From Callorhinchus milii (taxonomy: Eukaryota), in NCBI RefSeq assembly GCF_018977255.1, contig NW_024704742.1, positions 45,572,001 to 45,636,000 on the forward strand: DNA of 64,000 bases, given 5' to 3'. Under the pieces are notes generated by a model. The model saw only the letters and a list, made by a program, of their open reading frames with translations. It was not told where the DNA came from and did no database searches. Positions within the stretch are counted from its first letter, which is position 1; each line of letters opens with the position of its first letter. Made by a program: the position numbers and the translations under genes. Shown here piece after piece: positions 62,105 through 64,000 of the stretch.

Positions 62105-62640
62105 TTGAAATTGTTGTGCGTGTCGTGTCTCTGTGTATGTGGTGATGTTAAGAAAAACATATTTTTTTCACCACCATCCTTGTGTTCAGTCTCTCAGTTT
62201 GTAACCCTGCGTGCTTGTATTTCTGTTCCGATAACCTCCAGGAGTCAGTCTGAGCTTTGTATTTGTCCCTCTGTGGAGCCATTTCATGCAGTGTTTCCAC
62301 TGACTAATCCTCAGCATCTTTGATTCATTTTGTGCCACAGACCTTTCCTTATAATTTATGATACTCTTGTGGTTACGTATACACCGATCTGTGCAAATGT
62401 ATCTGGAATGCTAGCTGGCTAACAGGAATGTTGATAGGAGAGGGAATGGGCCTTGACAGTATATCTGGGAGTATTGATTGTACAAGTGAGCTCAACGTAA
62501 TTCATCTCTCCCAAATGCCGTTCAGTGGCTTTGGTTTGCAGAAACCAGTGAATGTGTTTCAAATAATGGATATCTGTTCAGAATTAACATGTTTTACGGC
62601 CAGCATTTGATCCACTGAAATAGGGAATTGGGTGTTTTGC
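62105..62640 (+). mobile_element. Harbinger transposase fossil
   Basis: KNIFFSPPSLCSVSQFV..PITSRSQS..ICPSV; CANVSGML; MGLDSISGSIDCT; VNVFQIMD. Confidence 0.7.
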
Positions 62641-62959
62641 ATTCACTGATTGGCTGTTTTCAATCAATTGATGGTCCTGATCCATCTAAGTGCATCAGGA
62701 AAGAAAGTGCTGCTGATTCCACAAGCAACAATTGTACACACAACCATGAGGTGCATTACAATTTAATCTGGAGGATTGTTGGTCAAGACACCTGGAGAAA
62801 CTACCTTCACTTTGCAAACATTGTCACATGTTTAATGTCTACCTAAATAAACAAATACAGGATTTTTTTTTATAGCCAGCTTGATTTCTGACACATGTAG
62901 AAATCCATGATCATGAATAGGAGTATTCAAACCAAACTACTTAGATTTCCACATATGTA

Positions 62960-63338
62960 TAATAATAATAATCCTTGTATTTGATATAGCGCCTTATTAC
63001 ATTGTCGAGATGTCTAACAACGCTTCACAGGATACACCGTAAAGTGGAGTGACTGGATGTTTGGTGGTGAAATGCGGCAGCCAATTGTGCACAGCACTGT
63101 CCCACAAACATTCGTAGATTGAGTAATTACATTTCTTTTTTTTGAGGTGGGAAGGGATTATTACCCCCAGAAAGTGATTTGCCAATTGACTAACAACTGA
63201 GTTCCTACTTACTGCTAGCTAAACAGAGGAATGTGTATGAAGAAAAGGAAACTTGCCTAAGGTTTCACTTGCCCAGGAATCAAACTCAGGTCCTCTCGCT
63301 TGTGAGGCAAGTGCGCTAAACACTATGCTATGGGACTC
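62960..63338 (-). mobile_element. long-subfamily SINE, full length
   Basis: (AAT)n tail through head ..gctatgggactc. Confidence 0.88.
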
Positions 63339-63429
63339 TGTATGTATGGAAATTATTGTTTGTCTGGTTTGGTGTATATACACTTTCCCTGGAGGGACAC
63401 ATCCTGCTTGACCCACACCCGTGCTTTGA

Positions 63430-64000
63430 CCAGTTCAACTTTTCCCCACCTCTGTAACTTTGCCTGCCTCCAACACTTGCTCTCACTTCAGGCCGCCAAG
63501 ACCTTTATCCATACGTTTATCATGTCCGGATTTGACTATGCCAACTCTCTGCTCATCAGACTTCCCAATTCTTCCCTCTGTAAGCTGCAGACCATTCAGA
63601 ACTCTGCAGCTTGTGTCCTCTCCAAGAGCTTATCATCCCCATCCCCATCCTTGCCTGGCTGCATTGGCTTCCTGTCTCCCAGATGATCAAGTTCAAGATC
63701 CTTGCCCTCACTTTTAAATCTCTCCGTGATCTTGCCCCACCCGCTGCAACCTTTTCATACCCTATCAACCTGCTTGTTCTCTCTGTTTGGCAGGCACTGG
63801 CCTGCTTAATCTCCCCTGTCTGCCCACCCCACCATTGGTATCAACCTTTCTGCCCCAACTCTCTGGAACTCCAACCCAGATCCCCTTCTTCTCACTCCTT
63901 CCCTCGTCTCCTTCAAGGTTCATCTCAACACCTTCCTCTTTGACAGCAATTTCAGTTATCTTCCTACCCCTACTCCTTTAGACTCCACCTTTCCTGAATC
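63430..64000 (+). mobile_element. L2 LINE 3' fragment
   Basis: AAKTFIHTFIMSGFDYANSLL, LHWLPVSQMIKFKILALTFK. Confidence 0.9.

Noticed and set aside
62200..62400. Myb/SANT partner gene on the minus strand (RSVAQ..LTPGG)
   Set aside because: Weak match; the plus strand gives a better colinear transposase match
1..64000. ORF-track ORFs as host genes
   Set aside because: Long ORFs are L2/CR1 pieces or their antisense frames; the rest are microsatellite frames, chance ORFs or open stretches of Harbinger fossils. No consistent exon chain was found.
1..64000. CRISPR-like repeat-spacer array
   Set aside because: No regularly spaced identical repeats; the recurring short motifs are SINE and L2 tails

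Overview
AT-rich vertebrate DNA. The repeat content (tRNA-Ala-headed Deu-domain SINEs, L2 and CR1 LINEs, Penelope-like fragments) points to a cartilaginous fish, probably a holocephalan; this is an inference. I found no host protein-coding exon, RNA gene or CRISPR array. The long ORFs in the track are decayed L2/CR1 reverse transcriptase pieces. The main observation is that most DNA between the LINEs and SINEs translates, through stops and frameshifts, into colinear motifs of PIF/Harbinger (HARBI1-like, DDE_Tnp_4) transposases. I count about 39 separate, highly diverged fossils (29 on +, 10 on -), often within 100 bp or so of each other, with no recognisable Myb/SANT partner gene. These calls were made by eye against a remembered motif order: ISPE.KV..AL.F.ATGSFQ / GISQS..SR.V.EV..AL / FP.VIGAIDCTH / NRKG.HS.NVQ.VCD / WPGS.HDA / LLGDSGYPL..WLMTP / YN..H...R..IER.FG.LK.RFRCL / CC.LHN. 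They need HMM confirmation and their boundaries are approximate. Secondary observations are several templated copies of nearby DNA at retroelement junctions, three-level nested insertions, and a covarying 3' hairpin shared by the SINE and L2.
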